In this document: in pieces, positions 20,100-29,486 of the stretch
Layout: the number at the start of each line of letters is the position of its first letter
Position numbering within the stretch: position 1 is the first letter of the stretch
Assembly (NCBI GenBank): GCA_019748135.1
Contig: JAIEPZ010000045.1
Span: forward strand, 19,085 to 83,084
From: Hyphomicrobiales bacterium
Lineage (GTDB): Bacteria > Pseudomonadota > Alphaproteobacteria > Rhizobiales > UBA4765
Length of the DNA stretch: 64,000 nt
Reading direction: 5' to 3'
Translations under genes and position numbers: made by a program
The notes under the pieces: generated by a model
Seen by the model: the letters and a program-made list of their open reading frames with translations, nothing else
Databases searched by the model: none
Told to the model about the DNA's origin: nothing

Positions 20100-21113
20100 C
20101 TAGGCACTGCCGAGCAGAATTCCGGTGAGAAAGACGAGAAACCCGCCAAGCACCACCTGAAAGGCCGCCCGCAGGAAGGGCGTGTCCATATATTTGGCGC
20201 GGATCCACGCAATCACCCACAATTCGATGAGAACGATGACGCTTGCAATCGCGGTGGCGATCCAGAAGGCATTGGGGACGCGATCAGGCACCAGATAGGG
20301 CAGCGTATGGCCAACGCCGCCAAGCGTCGTCATGATGCCGCATACCGCACCGCGCAGCCACGGCCCGCCGCGCCCCGTCATCGAGCCATCATCCGACAGC
20401 GCTTCGGCAAAGCCCATGGAAATTCCGGCACCGATGGAAGCTGCCATGCCGATCAGGAACGTTTCCCAATTATTCTGGGTGGCAAAGGCCGCCGCAAATA
20501 CCGGAGCAAGCGTTGACACTGAACCATCCATCAATCCCGCCAGTCCGGGCTGGACATATTGCAGGATGAACATGCGCTTTTGCGTCGCCTCTTCTTCGGC
20601 GCGCGCGTCCGGCGTCAGATTGGCTTCCTCAAGCTTGCCGGCCATATGCTCATGGCTCGCTTCGGCTGCCGCCAGATCGCCCAGCAGCTTGCGGATATCA
20701 GGGTCGCTCGCCCGCGCCATGGCGGTTCGATAAAATCGCGCCGCCTGATATTCCATCGTCGCCGCCTCGCGGCGCACGAGGTCAAGCGTCAATGGCTGAA
20801 GCGTCCACACCGGCTTGTGGCGGATAAAACCCGAGACATCCTCGCGACGTACCAGCGGGATGTGATCGCCGAACTTGCTCTTGAACAGATCGATGAGGGA
20901 GCGGCGATGGCCGTCCTCCTCGACCGCCATTTCCTCGAAGATGCGCGCCGAGGCGGAAAAATCAGTGCGAAGCCGCTCGGCGATATCGCGATAGCGATGC
21001 GCGTCCTCTTCCTCTGCAGCAATGGCAAGCGCCAGTATTTCCTTCATCGACAGGCTGTCGAACGAGCGGCGTGAGAGCTGAAATCGGAACACGGATGCGA
21101 TGCCTTCCAACAA
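20100..21113 (-). CDS. mbfA: membrane-bound ferritin-like / VIT1-CCC1 iron exporter (MbfA-like)
   Basis: N-terminal erythrin/ferritin-like domain (EILALAIAAEEEDAHRY...EEMAVEEDGHR) fused to a C-terminal VIT1 membrane domain. An ICE box lies directly upstream. The start is uncertain (TTG 21113, TTG 21110 or GTG 21092). Confidence 0.85.
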   Translation of the reverse strand: MLEGIASVFRFQLSRRSFDSLSMKEILALAIAAEEEDAHRYRDIAERLRTDFSASARIFEEMAVEEDGHRRSLIDLFKSKFGDHIPLVRREDVSGFIRHKPVWTLQPLTLDLVRREAATMEYQAARFYRTAMARASDPDIRKLLGDLAAAEASHEHMAGKLEEANLTPDARAEEEATQKRMFILQYVQPGLAGLMDGSVSTLAPVFAAAFATQNNWETFLIGMAASIGAGISMGFAEALSDDGSMTGRGGPWLRGAVCGIMTTLGGVGHTLPYLVPDRVPNAFWIATAIASVIVLIELWVIAWIRAKYMDTPFLRAAFQVVLGGFLVFLTGILLGSA

Positions 21114-21119
21114 GATTAA

Positions 21120-21136
21120 TTTAGAGACATTCTAAA
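21120..21136. promoter_or_regulatory. Irr-type iron control element (ICE box)
   Basis: TTTAGAGACATTCTAAA matches the ICE consensus TTTAGAA-N3-TTCTAAA at 13 of 14 specified positions. It lies 7 nt upstream of the mbfA-like ORF. Confidence 0.75.
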
Positions 21137-21180
21137 CTGAGCAGATGCGGTTTGTGAAGCCCGCCGGGAGCCGGATCGTC

Positions 21181-21612
21181 TTACGCGACAATATGCGCCA
21201 GCGCCGCCCGCAGATCCTGCGGAACGGGAACGGGGCGGCGGGTTTTCGAATCGACATAAACGTGAACGAAATGCCCCTGCGCGGCGCATTCCTGCCCGCC
21301 CTCGGCGAAAATACCGATCTCATAGCGCACCGAACTCGTGCCGATCCGGGCAGCGAGCACGCCCGCTTCCACAATCTGGGGATAGGACAGGGCGGAAAAA
21401 TAGCTGCACCCCGTTTCGACCACGAGCCCGACAACGGCGCTCTCCAGCGGCTTTAATCCGCCTTCCTCGATCAGAAAGCGGTTGGCGGCGGCGTCGAAAA
21501 ACGACAGGTAAACCACATTGTTGACGTGGCCATACATATCATTGTCCGACCAGCGCGTCGTGATGGTCGTAAAGTAGCGGAAATCGCTGCGCGGGCGCGG
21601 CGCCGCCCTCAT
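21181..21612 (-). CDS. acyl-CoA thioesterase (4HBT/YbgC-like hotdog fold)
   Basis: 143 aa with motif RWSDNDMYGHVNNVVYL. Confidence 0.8.
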   Translation of the reverse strand: MRAAPRPRSDFRYFTTITTRWSDNDMYGHVNNVVYLSFFDAAANRFLIEEGGLKPLESAVVGLVVETGCSYFSALSYPQIVEAGVLAARIGTSSVRYEIGIFAEGGQECAAQGHFVHVYVDSKTRRPVPVPQDLRAALAHIVA

Positions 21613-22250
21613 GCGAGCGCCTCGCTCAGGAATTGTCCGCCAAGCCTCAGCCCGTCGCCATCAATACCATGGCCAAGCCCCGGGCAGACATGGAAGCGCG
21701 CGGGTCGGCCCGCTTCACCCAGCGCCTGGGCCGCAGCAAACATGAAACCAACCGGCAGGACCTGGTCCTGATCGCCGTGGATGAGCAGGATCGGCGGGGT
21801 AGCGATCGCTTCACCCAGGTGCTCTGGTCCAGCGAGCATGCCTGAATAACCAAGAATGGCGCCTGGTCCCCGGGCGCGGCGCAAACCGACGTGAAGGGCC
21901 ATCATCGTCCCTTGCGAGAAGCCAACCAATGCCAGCTTCGTGTCGTCAAGCGCCAGACGTTTCAGTTCGCTGTCGAGATAGGCGTTGAGACCCGCAGCCG
22001 CCGCACTCGTACCGCGCCAGGTCTCGGAGGGGTCGCGCATGGTAAGCGCAAACCATTGCCGGCCCATAGGGGCTCCCGCGCAGGGCTCGGGCGCATGCGG
22101 GCTCGAAAACGCTGTATCAGGCAAAATCTGCCCCCAATGGCGCCCGATATCGATGAGATCATCGCCATTGGCGCCATAGCCATGGATAAAAACCACAAGG
22201 CTTTTTGCTTTGCCACCCGAATTCGGCGCCAGCCGCGGACCATTGAGCAT
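21609..22250 (-). CDS. alpha/beta hydrolase, phospholipase/carboxylesterase family
   Basis: 213 aa with FIHGYGANGDDL, nucleophile elbow GFSQG and HGDQD. 4-nt overlap with the downstream thioesterase. Confidence 0.8.
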   Translation of the reverse strand: MLNGPRLAPNSGGKAKSLVVFIHGYGANGDDLIDIGRHWGQILPDTAFSSPHAPEPCAGAPMGRQWFALTMRDPSETWRGTSAAAAGLNAYLDSELKRLALDDTKLALVGFSQGTMMALHVGLRRARGPGAILGYSGMLAGPEHLGEAIATPPILLIHGDQDQVLPVGFMFAAAQALGEAGRPARFHVCPGLGHGIDGDGLRLGGQFLSEALA

Positions 22251-22253
22251 GAC

Positions 22254-22898
22254 CTACCCCGTTACCCCTTCACGCATTTTGACAACGCGGTAATAAGCCC
22301 AGAGCAGACGCGCCGCAACGCCGCGCCAGGGCCGCCAGCCGTCCGCCATGGCAAGCAAAGCCCGTTCCTTCGGCCGATCGTCGTGACGAAAGGCGATCCG
22401 CACCGCCTCCTGCAAAGCCAGATCGCCGGCAGCAAAAGCATCGCCATGGCCCAGACAGAACAGGCAATAGATATCGGCCGTCCACGGACCGATGCCGGGC
22501 AGCGCCGTCAATTTCGCCCGCACCCCTTCGCTGTCGAGCGCAAGCAGCTCCTCATGATCAAGCTCACCCCTGACCACGGCCTTGGCGGCGGCCTTGAGCG
22601 TTTTCACCTTGGCAGCCGACAGGCCGGCGGCACGCAGCGTCGCATCGCGCTTCAAGACAAAGCGCTTGGGATCGAGATCAGGAACCAGCGCCTCGACCCG
22701 TGCCTCGATGGCATTTGCTGCCTTGACCGATAATTGCTGCGCAATCACGATACCGGCAAGGCCGGCAAAACCACCCGGGGAGCGGCGCAGGGGAAGCGGT
22801 CCGGCAAGGGCGCTCATCTCGGCAAACACCGGCTCACGGCTGATAAGCCAAGCGAGCCCGGTGGCAATATCCGCGTGCGAATCGATGCGAGTGCTCAT
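22254..22898 (-). CDS. DNA-3-methyladenine glycosylase II family (HhH-GPD)
   Basis: 214 aa with helix-hairpin-helix LPGIGPWTADIY and a following catalytic Asp region. Confidence 0.8.
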   Translation of the reverse strand: MSTRIDSHADIATGLAWLISREPVFAEMSALAGPLPLRRSPGGFAGLAGIVIAQQLSVKAANAIEARVEALVPDLDPKRFVLKRDATLRAAGLSAAKVKTLKAAAKAVVRGELDHEELLALDSEGVRAKLTALPGIGPWTADIYCLFCLGHGDAFAAGDLALQEAVRIAFRHDDRPKERALLAMADGWRPWRGVAARLLWAYYRVVKMREGVTG

Positions 22899-22912
22899 GG
22901 AGTTTTCCTAGC

Positions 22913-23845
22913 ATGGGGACGATGGCGAACGGGAGGGTGGCGCGCCTGCGCTTTGCGCCATCTCCCAACGGGGCGCTACACCTTGGTCATGCCCTCTCGG
23001 CCCTGCTCAATGCCGAAGCGACGCGGCGCCTCAGCGGGCGGTTTCTCGTGCGCATCGAGGATATCGACCAGACCCGCAGCACTCCGGCGCACATCACCGA
23101 CATGCGCCACGATCTCGCCTGGCTGGGGCTCGATTGGGAAAAGCCCGAGCGCCGCCAATCGACCCGAATGGCCGCCTATGGCGCCGCCCTCGACAGGCTG
23201 AAGCAGCAGCGGCTCGTCTATCCCTGTTTCGCCAGCCGCAGCGAGATTACGACGGCCATCGCCAATCATATGGACTGGCCGCGAGACCCTGACGGCAGTC
23301 CGCTCTATCCGGGCTTGTGGCGCGACGCCGACCACAGCACCATCGCTGCCCGGCTGGCGGCTGGCGACAGACCAGCCTGGCGGCTCGACATGAGGCGCGC
23401 GAGTAAACAGGTGGGCGCGGTTGCCTGGCATGAACTTGGCACCGATACGCCACGCATGATCGACAGCGATCCGGCCATGTGGGGCGATGTGGTGCTGGCA
23501 CGCAAGGATATCGCGACGAGCTATCATCTTTCCGTTGTCGTTGATGACGCATCGCAGGGCGTCACGCATATCATTCGCGGCCACGACCTCTATCATGCGA
23601 CCAGCCTGCATCGCCTGTTACAAGGCCTGCTTGGCCTGCCGCAACCTGCCTATCTCCATCACCGCCTCATCCTCGCCCCTGATGGCCGTAAATTGTCGAA
23701 AATCCGCAAAGACCAGAGCCTGGCAGGCTTGAGGGCCATGGGCGCAACGCCTGACGATATTCTCCGGTTGATCAACTGGAACCCTGATGCCGATCTGGCC
23801 GGCCTATCCGCCAATGCCCAGAAACCACAGCCACACACTGGTTGA
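22913..23845 (+). CDS. gluQ: tRNA glutamyl-Q(34) synthetase
   Basis: Truncated GluRS-like catalytic domain with RFAPSPNGALHLGH (HIGH) and KLSK (KMSKS-like), about 300 aa. Confidence 0.88.
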   Translation: MGTMANGRVARLRFAPSPNGALHLGHALSALLNAEATRRLSGRFLVRIEDIDQTRSTPAHITDMRHDLAWLGLDWEKPERRQSTRMAAYGAALDRLKQQRLVYPCFASRSEITTAIANHMDWPRDPDGSPLYPGLWRDADHSTIAARLAAGDRPAWRLDMRRASKQVGAVAWHELGTDTPRMIDSDPAMWGDVVLARKDIATSYHLSVVVDDASQGVTHIIRGHDLYHATSLHRLLQGLLGLPQPAYLHHRLILAPDGRKLSKIRKDQSLAGLRAMGATPDDILRLINWNPDADLAGLSANAQKPQPHTG

Positions 23846-24763
23846 GACAACGGCAAGCAGGCTCGAGAGGGCAATCGCCTGCGAAATCATCGCGATGCCG
23901 GTCTGGTGGCGCAAGGCGAAGAGATAGACATTGACGCCCACCGGAGCAGAGGCAAACACCACGGCGGTTGCGAGGTATACTGGCGGCAAATGAAACACAT
24001 GGGCGCCGAGGACATAAACGAGCGCGGGTGCCGCGACGAGCTTCATGGCGCTGATGAAGAGCCCGCGATCAATCCGCCCGGCGATGCCGTAGCGGGCCAG
24101 AGACCCGCCAAGGCTGATGAGCGCACACGGCACCCCTGTGACGCCGAGCGCCAGCAGCAGCTGATCCGGCGGGCCCCCAAGCTTTATGCCCGAAATGCTG
24201 AACAGCACGCCCGCAATGATCGCCAGGAACAACGGATGCGTTGCCAGCCCGCGCATCAGCCGGCGCCCCATCTGCCCTTGCGGGCCGCTTGCCGCCTGCT
24301 CCACCATCAATGTGGCGACAATCATGGAGAGCGGCAGATTGAGGCCGAGGATGAGCGCAATCGGCACCCCCACCTGCTCGCCATAGGCTTTCACCAGCAG
24401 CGGAATACCGATCATCACCGTATTGCCCATGGCCGCCGCCAGGCCCGCCAGCACCGCCTCGCTCCGCGCCATCGCCAGAAACCGCCTGCCGAGGAATTGC
24501 GTCAGCGCCCAGGAAAGCCCGATCGCTCCGAAATAGCTCACCCAATACCCCCACGGGGTCGTTGCGGGTAATGTCGAGGTCGCAAGGGTGCGGAAGAGAT
24601 AGGCCGGCATGGCGAGCACAAACGAAAACTGACCCACGCCATCGGCCGTTTCCGCCGTGATGAGGCGCAGCTTGACTGCCAGCAGCCCGACCGCGATGAG
24701 CCCGAAGACCGGCAGGACGATGGCAAGGATCTGCGTCACATCCAGCCCCTTTGCGCCCGTCAA
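23804..24763 (-). CDS. AEC (auxin efflux carrier) family transporter
   Basis: 319-aa polytopic membrane protein with AEC-like organisation. Its 3' end overlaps the gluQ 3' end convergently by 42 nt. Confidence 0.75.
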   Translation of the reverse strand: MTGAKGLDVTQILAIVLPVFGLIAVGLLAVKLRLITAETADGVGQFSFVLAMPAYLFRTLATSTLPATTPWGYWVSYFGAIGLSWALTQFLGRRFLAMARSEAVLAGLAAAMGNTVMIGIPLLVKAYGEQVGVPIALILGLNLPLSMIVATLMVEQAASGPQGQMGRRLMRGLATHPLFLAIIAGVLFSISGIKLGGPPDQLLLALGVTGVPCALISLGGSLARYGIAGRIDRGLFISAMKLVAAPALVYVLGAHVFHLPPVYLATAVVFASAPVGVNVYLFALRHQTGIAMISQAIALSSLLAVVSTSVWLWFLGIGG

Positions 24764-24806
24764 TCATTGCGGGATCTACTGCCGCCGCCCGTTCCGATCG
24801 TATCTG

Positions 24807-26774
24807 TCAGGCGGCGACCGAAGTATGCTCGCCCACCAGCGCCACCAGGTCGAACATGATGCGGTTGAGATCGAAATCCTTCGGTGTATAGACCGCGCTG
24901 ACGCCCGCTTTCTTCAGCGCTTCGGCGTCTTCGGCCGGGATGATGCCGCCAACCACCAGCGGAATATCGCTCAAACCGCGCGCTTTTAGCGTCGCCAGCA
25001 CATCCGCCACCAGCGGCAGATGGCTGCCCGACAGGACCGACAGGCCGATGACATGGGCCCGGCGCGCTATCGCCTGATCGACGATTTCGGCAGGCGTCAG
25101 GCGGATGCCATCGTAAACGACCTCAATGCCACAATCGCGCGCCCTCACCGCAATCTGTTCAGCCCCGTTGGAATGCCCGTCAAGACCGGGTTTGCCGACC
25201 ACAAACGTCATGCGCCGGCCAAGCTTCTGTGAGACCGCATCAACTGCCGCTCTCACTTCGTCGAGCCCCTCGACATCATTGCGCGCTGCCCGCCCGACGC
25301 CGGTCGGCGCCCGGTATTGGCCGAAGATCTGGCGCAACGCTTCGCCCCATTCGCCGGTAGTGACGCCAGCCTTGGCGCAGGCAATCGACGGCTCCATGAT
25401 GTTGCGCCCCGACGATGCGGCCGCGCGCAGAGCCGCCAGCGCTTCCGCCACCGCTCGCGCATCGCGGGCCTGGCGCCAGGCTTCCAGACGCGCCACCTGC
25501 TCGGCCTCAACCGCCGGATCAACCATCTCGATGGCTTCCGCGCCCGTGCCAAGCGGCGAGGGATAACCATCCTTGAAGGCGTTGACGCCAACGACGATCT
25601 GCTCGCTTCTCTCTATCGCCTCAAGCCGCGCCGTGTTGCTCGCAACCAGACGTTCCTTGAGATAGCCGCTGTCTATTGCCGTCACCGCCCCGCCGATCTC
25701 GGCAATGCGCCGCAATTCCTCACGCGCCTGCTGCTTGAGTTCATCGACCTTGCGGGCGATTTCGGGCGACCCGTCGAAAATATCGCCATATTCCAGCAGG
25801 TCCGTTTCGTAGGCCATGATCTGCTGCATGCGCAGCGACCATTGCTGGTCAAAGGGGCGCGGCAGGCCAAGCGCCTCGTTCCAGGCGGGCAGCTGGACGG
25901 CGCGTGCGCGCGCCTTCTTCGACAACACCACCGCCAGCATCTCGATCATGATGCGCGAGATGTTGTTTTCCGCCTGCTGCTCGGTAAGGCCGAGGCTGTT
26001 CACCTGCACGCCGTAGCGGAAGCGCCGGTGCTTTTCATCCCTCACCCCGTACCGCTCAGCCGTGATCTCGTCCCACAATTCGGTGAAGGCGCGCATCTTG
26101 CAGATTTCGGTCACAAACCGCATGCCGGCATTGACGAAGAACGAGATCGACCCGACGACGCCCCCGAACGCTTCCTCGCTGACATCGCCCGAGGCTTTGA
26201 CCGCATCGAGAATAGCAATCGCGGTGGCAAGCGCGTAGGCCAGTTCCTGAACCGGCGTGGCGCCCGCTTCCTGGAGATGGTAGCTGCACACATTCATCGG
26301 GTTCCATTTCGGCAGCGCCCGATTGGTGAAGGTGATGACGTCACGCGTCAGCCTGATCGAGGGATCGGGCGGAAACACGTAAGTGCCGCGCGACAGATAT
26401 TCCTTGATGATGTCGTTTTGCGTCGTCCCCGCAAGGCACAGCCGGTCCTCGCCGCGCTCATCGGCCAACGCGACGTAAAGCGCCAGCAGCCACGGCGCTG
26501 TCGCATTGATGGTCATCGAGGTGTTCATTTTCTCAAGCGGAATGCCGTCGAAAAGCTGGCGCATATCGCCAAGGTGGCCAACCGGCACACCCACTTTGCC
26601 AACCTCGCCGCGCGCCAGAATATGGTCGCTGTCATAGCCGGTCTGGGTTGGCAGATCGAAGGCGATCGATAGCCCCGTCTGCCCCTTGGCGAGGTTGGCG
26701 CGATAGAGCGCGTTTGACTTTTCTGCCGTCGAATGCCCGGCATACGTCCTGAAAATCCAAGGTTTATCGCGCAT
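24807..26774 (-). CDS. ecm: ethylmalonyl-CoA mutase (MeaA), B12-dependent
   Basis: 655-aa fused mutase. The N-terminus KPWIFRTYAGHSTAEKSNALYRANLAKGQTGLSIAFDLPTQTGYDSDH matches my memory of Ecm/MeaA, and there is a C-terminal B12-binding domain (GLDGHSNG). Divergent from ccr. Confidence 0.88.
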   Translation of the reverse strand: MRDKPWIFRTYAGHSTAEKSNALYRANLAKGQTGLSIAFDLPTQTGYDSDHILARGEVGKVGVPVGHLGDMRQLFDGIPLEKMNTSMTINATAPWLLALYVALADERGEDRLCLAGTTQNDIIKEYLSRGTYVFPPDPSIRLTRDVITFTNRALPKWNPMNVCSYHLQEAGATPVQELAYALATAIAILDAVKASGDVSEEAFGGVVGSISFFVNAGMRFVTEICKMRAFTELWDEITAERYGVRDEKHRRFRYGVQVNSLGLTEQQAENNISRIMIEMLAVVLSKKARARAVQLPAWNEALGLPRPFDQQWSLRMQQIMAYETDLLEYGDIFDGSPEIARKVDELKQQAREELRRIAEIGGAVTAIDSGYLKERLVASNTARLEAIERSEQIVVGVNAFKDGYPSPLGTGAEAIEMVDPAVEAEQVARLEAWRQARDARAVAEALAALRAAASSGRNIMEPSIACAKAGVTTGEWGEALRQIFGQYRAPTGVGRAARNDVEGLDEVRAAVDAVSQKLGRRMTFVVGKPGLDGHSNGAEQIAVRARDCGIEVVYDGIRLTPAEIVDQAIARRAHVIGLSVLSGSHLPLVADVLATLKARGLSDIPLVVGGIIPAEDAEALKKAGVSAVYTPKDFDLNRIMFDLVALVGEHTSVAA

Positions 26775-27026
26775 GGCCTGCTCCCCGCAGCGTGCTGAGT
26801 GACGCCCTTATCGCAGCGCACAAGAGCTGTGACAAGATTGCACGAAGACGGATGATGATCACAGGGACGGTTCAGGCTGATCGGCTGCGACAGATCACGA
26901 CGTCTACCAATATGAATTCCACCTTATGCCCCCGTGCAAGCGGAGGCTTGCCGCTCTCGTCATGTCGCATTAGACTGTGCGATGCACAATTTTGCGCTGC
27001 GTTGCATCAGATCTGGAGAAACGCCG

Positions 27027-28301
27027 ATGTCCGCGACCGCTGCCAAGCCTGTCCTGGTGAAGGCGAGTTACCCGATGAATGAAATCCCGCCGCTCGGCCA
27101 CGTGCCCGAACGCATGCTCGGCTGGACGATCCGTAAGGATCGCCACGGCCCTCCCGATACATCAATGATGCTGGAAGAGGTCCCCACCTGGGCCATCGGC
27201 GATGATGAGGTGCTGATGCTGGTGATGGCAGGCGGCGTCAATTATAATGGCGTCTGGGCGGCCCTCGGACAGCCGATCTCGCCGCTCGACGGCCACAAGC
27301 AGCCCTTCCATATCGCCGGCTCCGATGCGTCAGGCGTGGTATGGGCGGTCGGCCCCAAGGTCAAGCGCTGGAAAATCGGCGATGAGGTGATCGTCCATTG
27401 CAACCAGGACGATGGCGATGACGAGGAATGCAATGGCGGCGATCCGATGTTCTCGCCCTCCCAGCGCATCTGGGGTTACGAGACGCCGGACGGCTCGTTT
27501 TCGCAATTCTGCCGCGTGCAGGCCCGCCAGCTGATGCCGAAACCCAAACACCTCACCTGGGAGGAGGCAGCCTGCTACACTTTGACGCTGGCCACCGCCT
27601 ATCGCATGTTGTTTGGCCACGCCCCGCACACCTTGAAGCCCGGTGACAACGTTCTCGTCTGGGGCGCCTCCGGCGGCCTTGGCGTCTTCGGTGTCCAGCT
27701 TGCTGCAGCCTCGGGCGCCAACGCCATCGGCATCATTTCGGATGAATCGAAGCGTGATTACGTGTTGAGCCTCGGCGCCAAGGGCGTCATCAACCGCAAG
27801 GACTTCACCTGCTGGGGTCAGATGCCCACCGTCAATTCCGAGGAATATGGCGCATGGACGAAGGAAGCCCGCCGCTTCGGCAAGGCGATCTGGGATATCA
27901 CCGGCAAGAAGGATGTCGATATCGTTTTCGAGCATCCCGGCGAAGCCACCTTCCCGGTCTCCTGCCTGGTGGTGAAGCGCGGCGGCATGGTCGTTTTCTG
28001 CGCCGGGACATCAGGCTTCAACATCACCTTTGACGCCCGCTATGTGTGGATGCGCCAGAAGCGCATTCAGGGCTCTCATTTCGCTCACCTGAAACAAGCC
28101 TCCGCCGCCAATGAATTTGTCGTGCGCCGCCTTGTCGATCCCTGCATGTCGGAAGTCGTTCCGTTCGAAAAAATTCCGGCAGCCCACATGAAGATGTGGA
28201 AGAACCAGCACGCGCCCGGCAACATGGCCGTCCTCGTCTGCTCTCCGCGGCCCGGCCTGCGCACCTTCGAGGATGTGCTGGAAGCGCACGCCGGCGCCTG
28301 A
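27027..28301 (+). CDS. ccr: crotonyl-CoA carboxylase/reductase
   Basis: MDR-family enzyme with Ccr-typical stretches (CNGGDPMFSPSQRIWGYETPDGSFSQF, GASGGLG). ATG 27027 follows GGAGAA. The upstream part of the track ORF was discarded. Confidence 0.88.
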   Translation: MSATAAKPVLVKASYPMNEIPPLGHVPERMLGWTIRKDRHGPPDTSMMLEEVPTWAIGDDEVLMLVMAGGVNYNGVWAALGQPISPLDGHKQPFHIAGSDASGVVWAVGPKVKRWKIGDEVIVHCNQDDGDDEECNGGDPMFSPSQRIWGYETPDGSFSQFCRVQARQLMPKPKHLTWEEAACYTLTLATAYRMLFGHAPHTLKPGDNVLVWGASGGLGVFGVQLAAASGANAIGIISDESKRDYVLSLGAKGVINRKDFTCWGQMPTVNSEEYGAWTKEARRFGKAIWDITGKKDVDIVFEHPGEATFPVSCLVVKRGGMVVFCAGTSGFNITFDARYVWMRQKRIQGSHFAHLKQASAANEFVVRRLVDPCMSEVVPFEKIPAAHMKMWKNQHAPGNMAVLVCSPRPGLRTFEDVLEAHAGA

Positions 28302-28371
28302 ACGAACCTTGCGCCCGGCGCTGGCGACCGCTATGACCCCGCGCGCCTGAAACGCGTGCAGGAGATGAGCG

Positions 28372-29481
28372 ATGGCCAATTTCAAACTGCTGCTTTTGCC
28401 CGGTGACGGCATCGGCCCCGAAGTGATGGGCCAGGCCGAGGCCATCGTCAGCTTTCTCGACAAACAGGGCATTGTCGGTTTTTCCGTTGAACGCGATCTG
28501 GTCGGCGGCGCTGCCTATGACGCGCACGGCGTGGCGATCAGCGATGCGGCGATGGACCGGGCGCAGGAGGCCGACGCGGTCCTCTTTGGCGCCGTCGGCG
28601 GGCCAAAATGGGACAAGGTGCCCTATCAGCACCGCCCGGAGGCCGGGCTTTTACGGCTGCGCAAGGATATGGGGCTTTTTGCCAATCTGCGCCCTGCCAT
28701 CTGCTACCCCGCCCTTGCTGACGCCTCTTCGCTCAAAAAAGAGCTGGTCGAGGGGCTCGACATGATGATCGTGCGCGAACTGACGGGCGGCGTCTATTTC
28801 GGTGAGCCGAAGGAAATCGTCACGCTGGAAAATGGCGAGAAGCGCGGCGTTGATACGCAGGTCTACACCACCCATGAAATCGACCGCATTGCCCGTGTTG
28901 CCTTTGATCTGGCGCGCCTTCGCCGCAACAAGGTGTCATCGGCCGAAAAGCGTAACGTCATGAAAACCGGCGTTTTGTGGAACGAGGTGGTCACCGCCAT
29001 CCATAAGCGCGATTATAGCGATGTGACACTCGAACATGTGCTGGCGGATAATTGCGCCATGCAGCTCGTGCGCACGCCAAAGCAGTTCGACGTGATCGTC
29101 TGCGACAACCTGTTTGGTGATATCCTGTCGGATGTGGCGGCCATGCTCACAGGCTCGCTCGGCATGCTGCCCTCGGCTTCACTTGGCGCAACGGACATCA
29201 ACACCGGCAAGCGCAAGGCACTCTATGAGCCGGTTCATGGCTCGGCGCCTGATATCGCCGGGCAGAGCGCTGCCAACCCTCTGGCGATGATCGCCTCGCT
29301 TGCCATGGCGCTGCGCTATTCGTTTGGCGAGGGGAAACTGGCCGATGCGCTGGAAGCAGCCCTTGCCGATGTCCTGGCCACCGGCACCCGCACCCGCGAT
29401 ATCGCGGCACCTGGCACCAACGCCGTATCGACGAGCGACATGGGCAGCGCCGTGCTGAAAGCTTTCCAGAAACGGCTGTGA
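28372..29481 (+). CDS. leuB: 3-isopropylmalate dehydrogenase
   Basis: 369 aa with [13 protein letters not shown]-terminus and NLFGDILSD motif. Confidence 0.95.
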   Translation: MANFKLLLLPGDGIGPEVMGQAEAIVSFLDKQGIVGFSVERDLVGGAAYDAHGVAISDAAMDRAQEADAVLFGAVGGPKWDKVPYQHRPEAGLLRLRKDMGLFANLRPAICYPALADASSLKKELVEGLDMMIVRELTGGVYFGEPKEIVTLENGEKRGVDTQVYTTHEIDRIARVAFDLARLRRNKVSSAEKRNVMKTGVLWNEVVTAIHKRDYSDVTLEHVLADNCAMQLVRTPKQFDVIVCDNLFGDILSDVAAMLTGSLGMLPSASLGATDINTGKRKALYEPVHGSAPDIAGQSAANPLAMIASLAMALRYSFGEGKLADALEAALADVLATGTRTRDIAAPGTNAVSTSDMGSAVLKAFQKRL

Positions 29482-29486
29482 AGGAG

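Noticed and set aside
25317-26672. 451-aa plus-strand ORF inside ecm
   Set aside because: It is antisense to the clearly recognisable ethylmalonyl-CoA mutase gene, and its low-complexity Arg-rich translation marks it as a shadow ORF.
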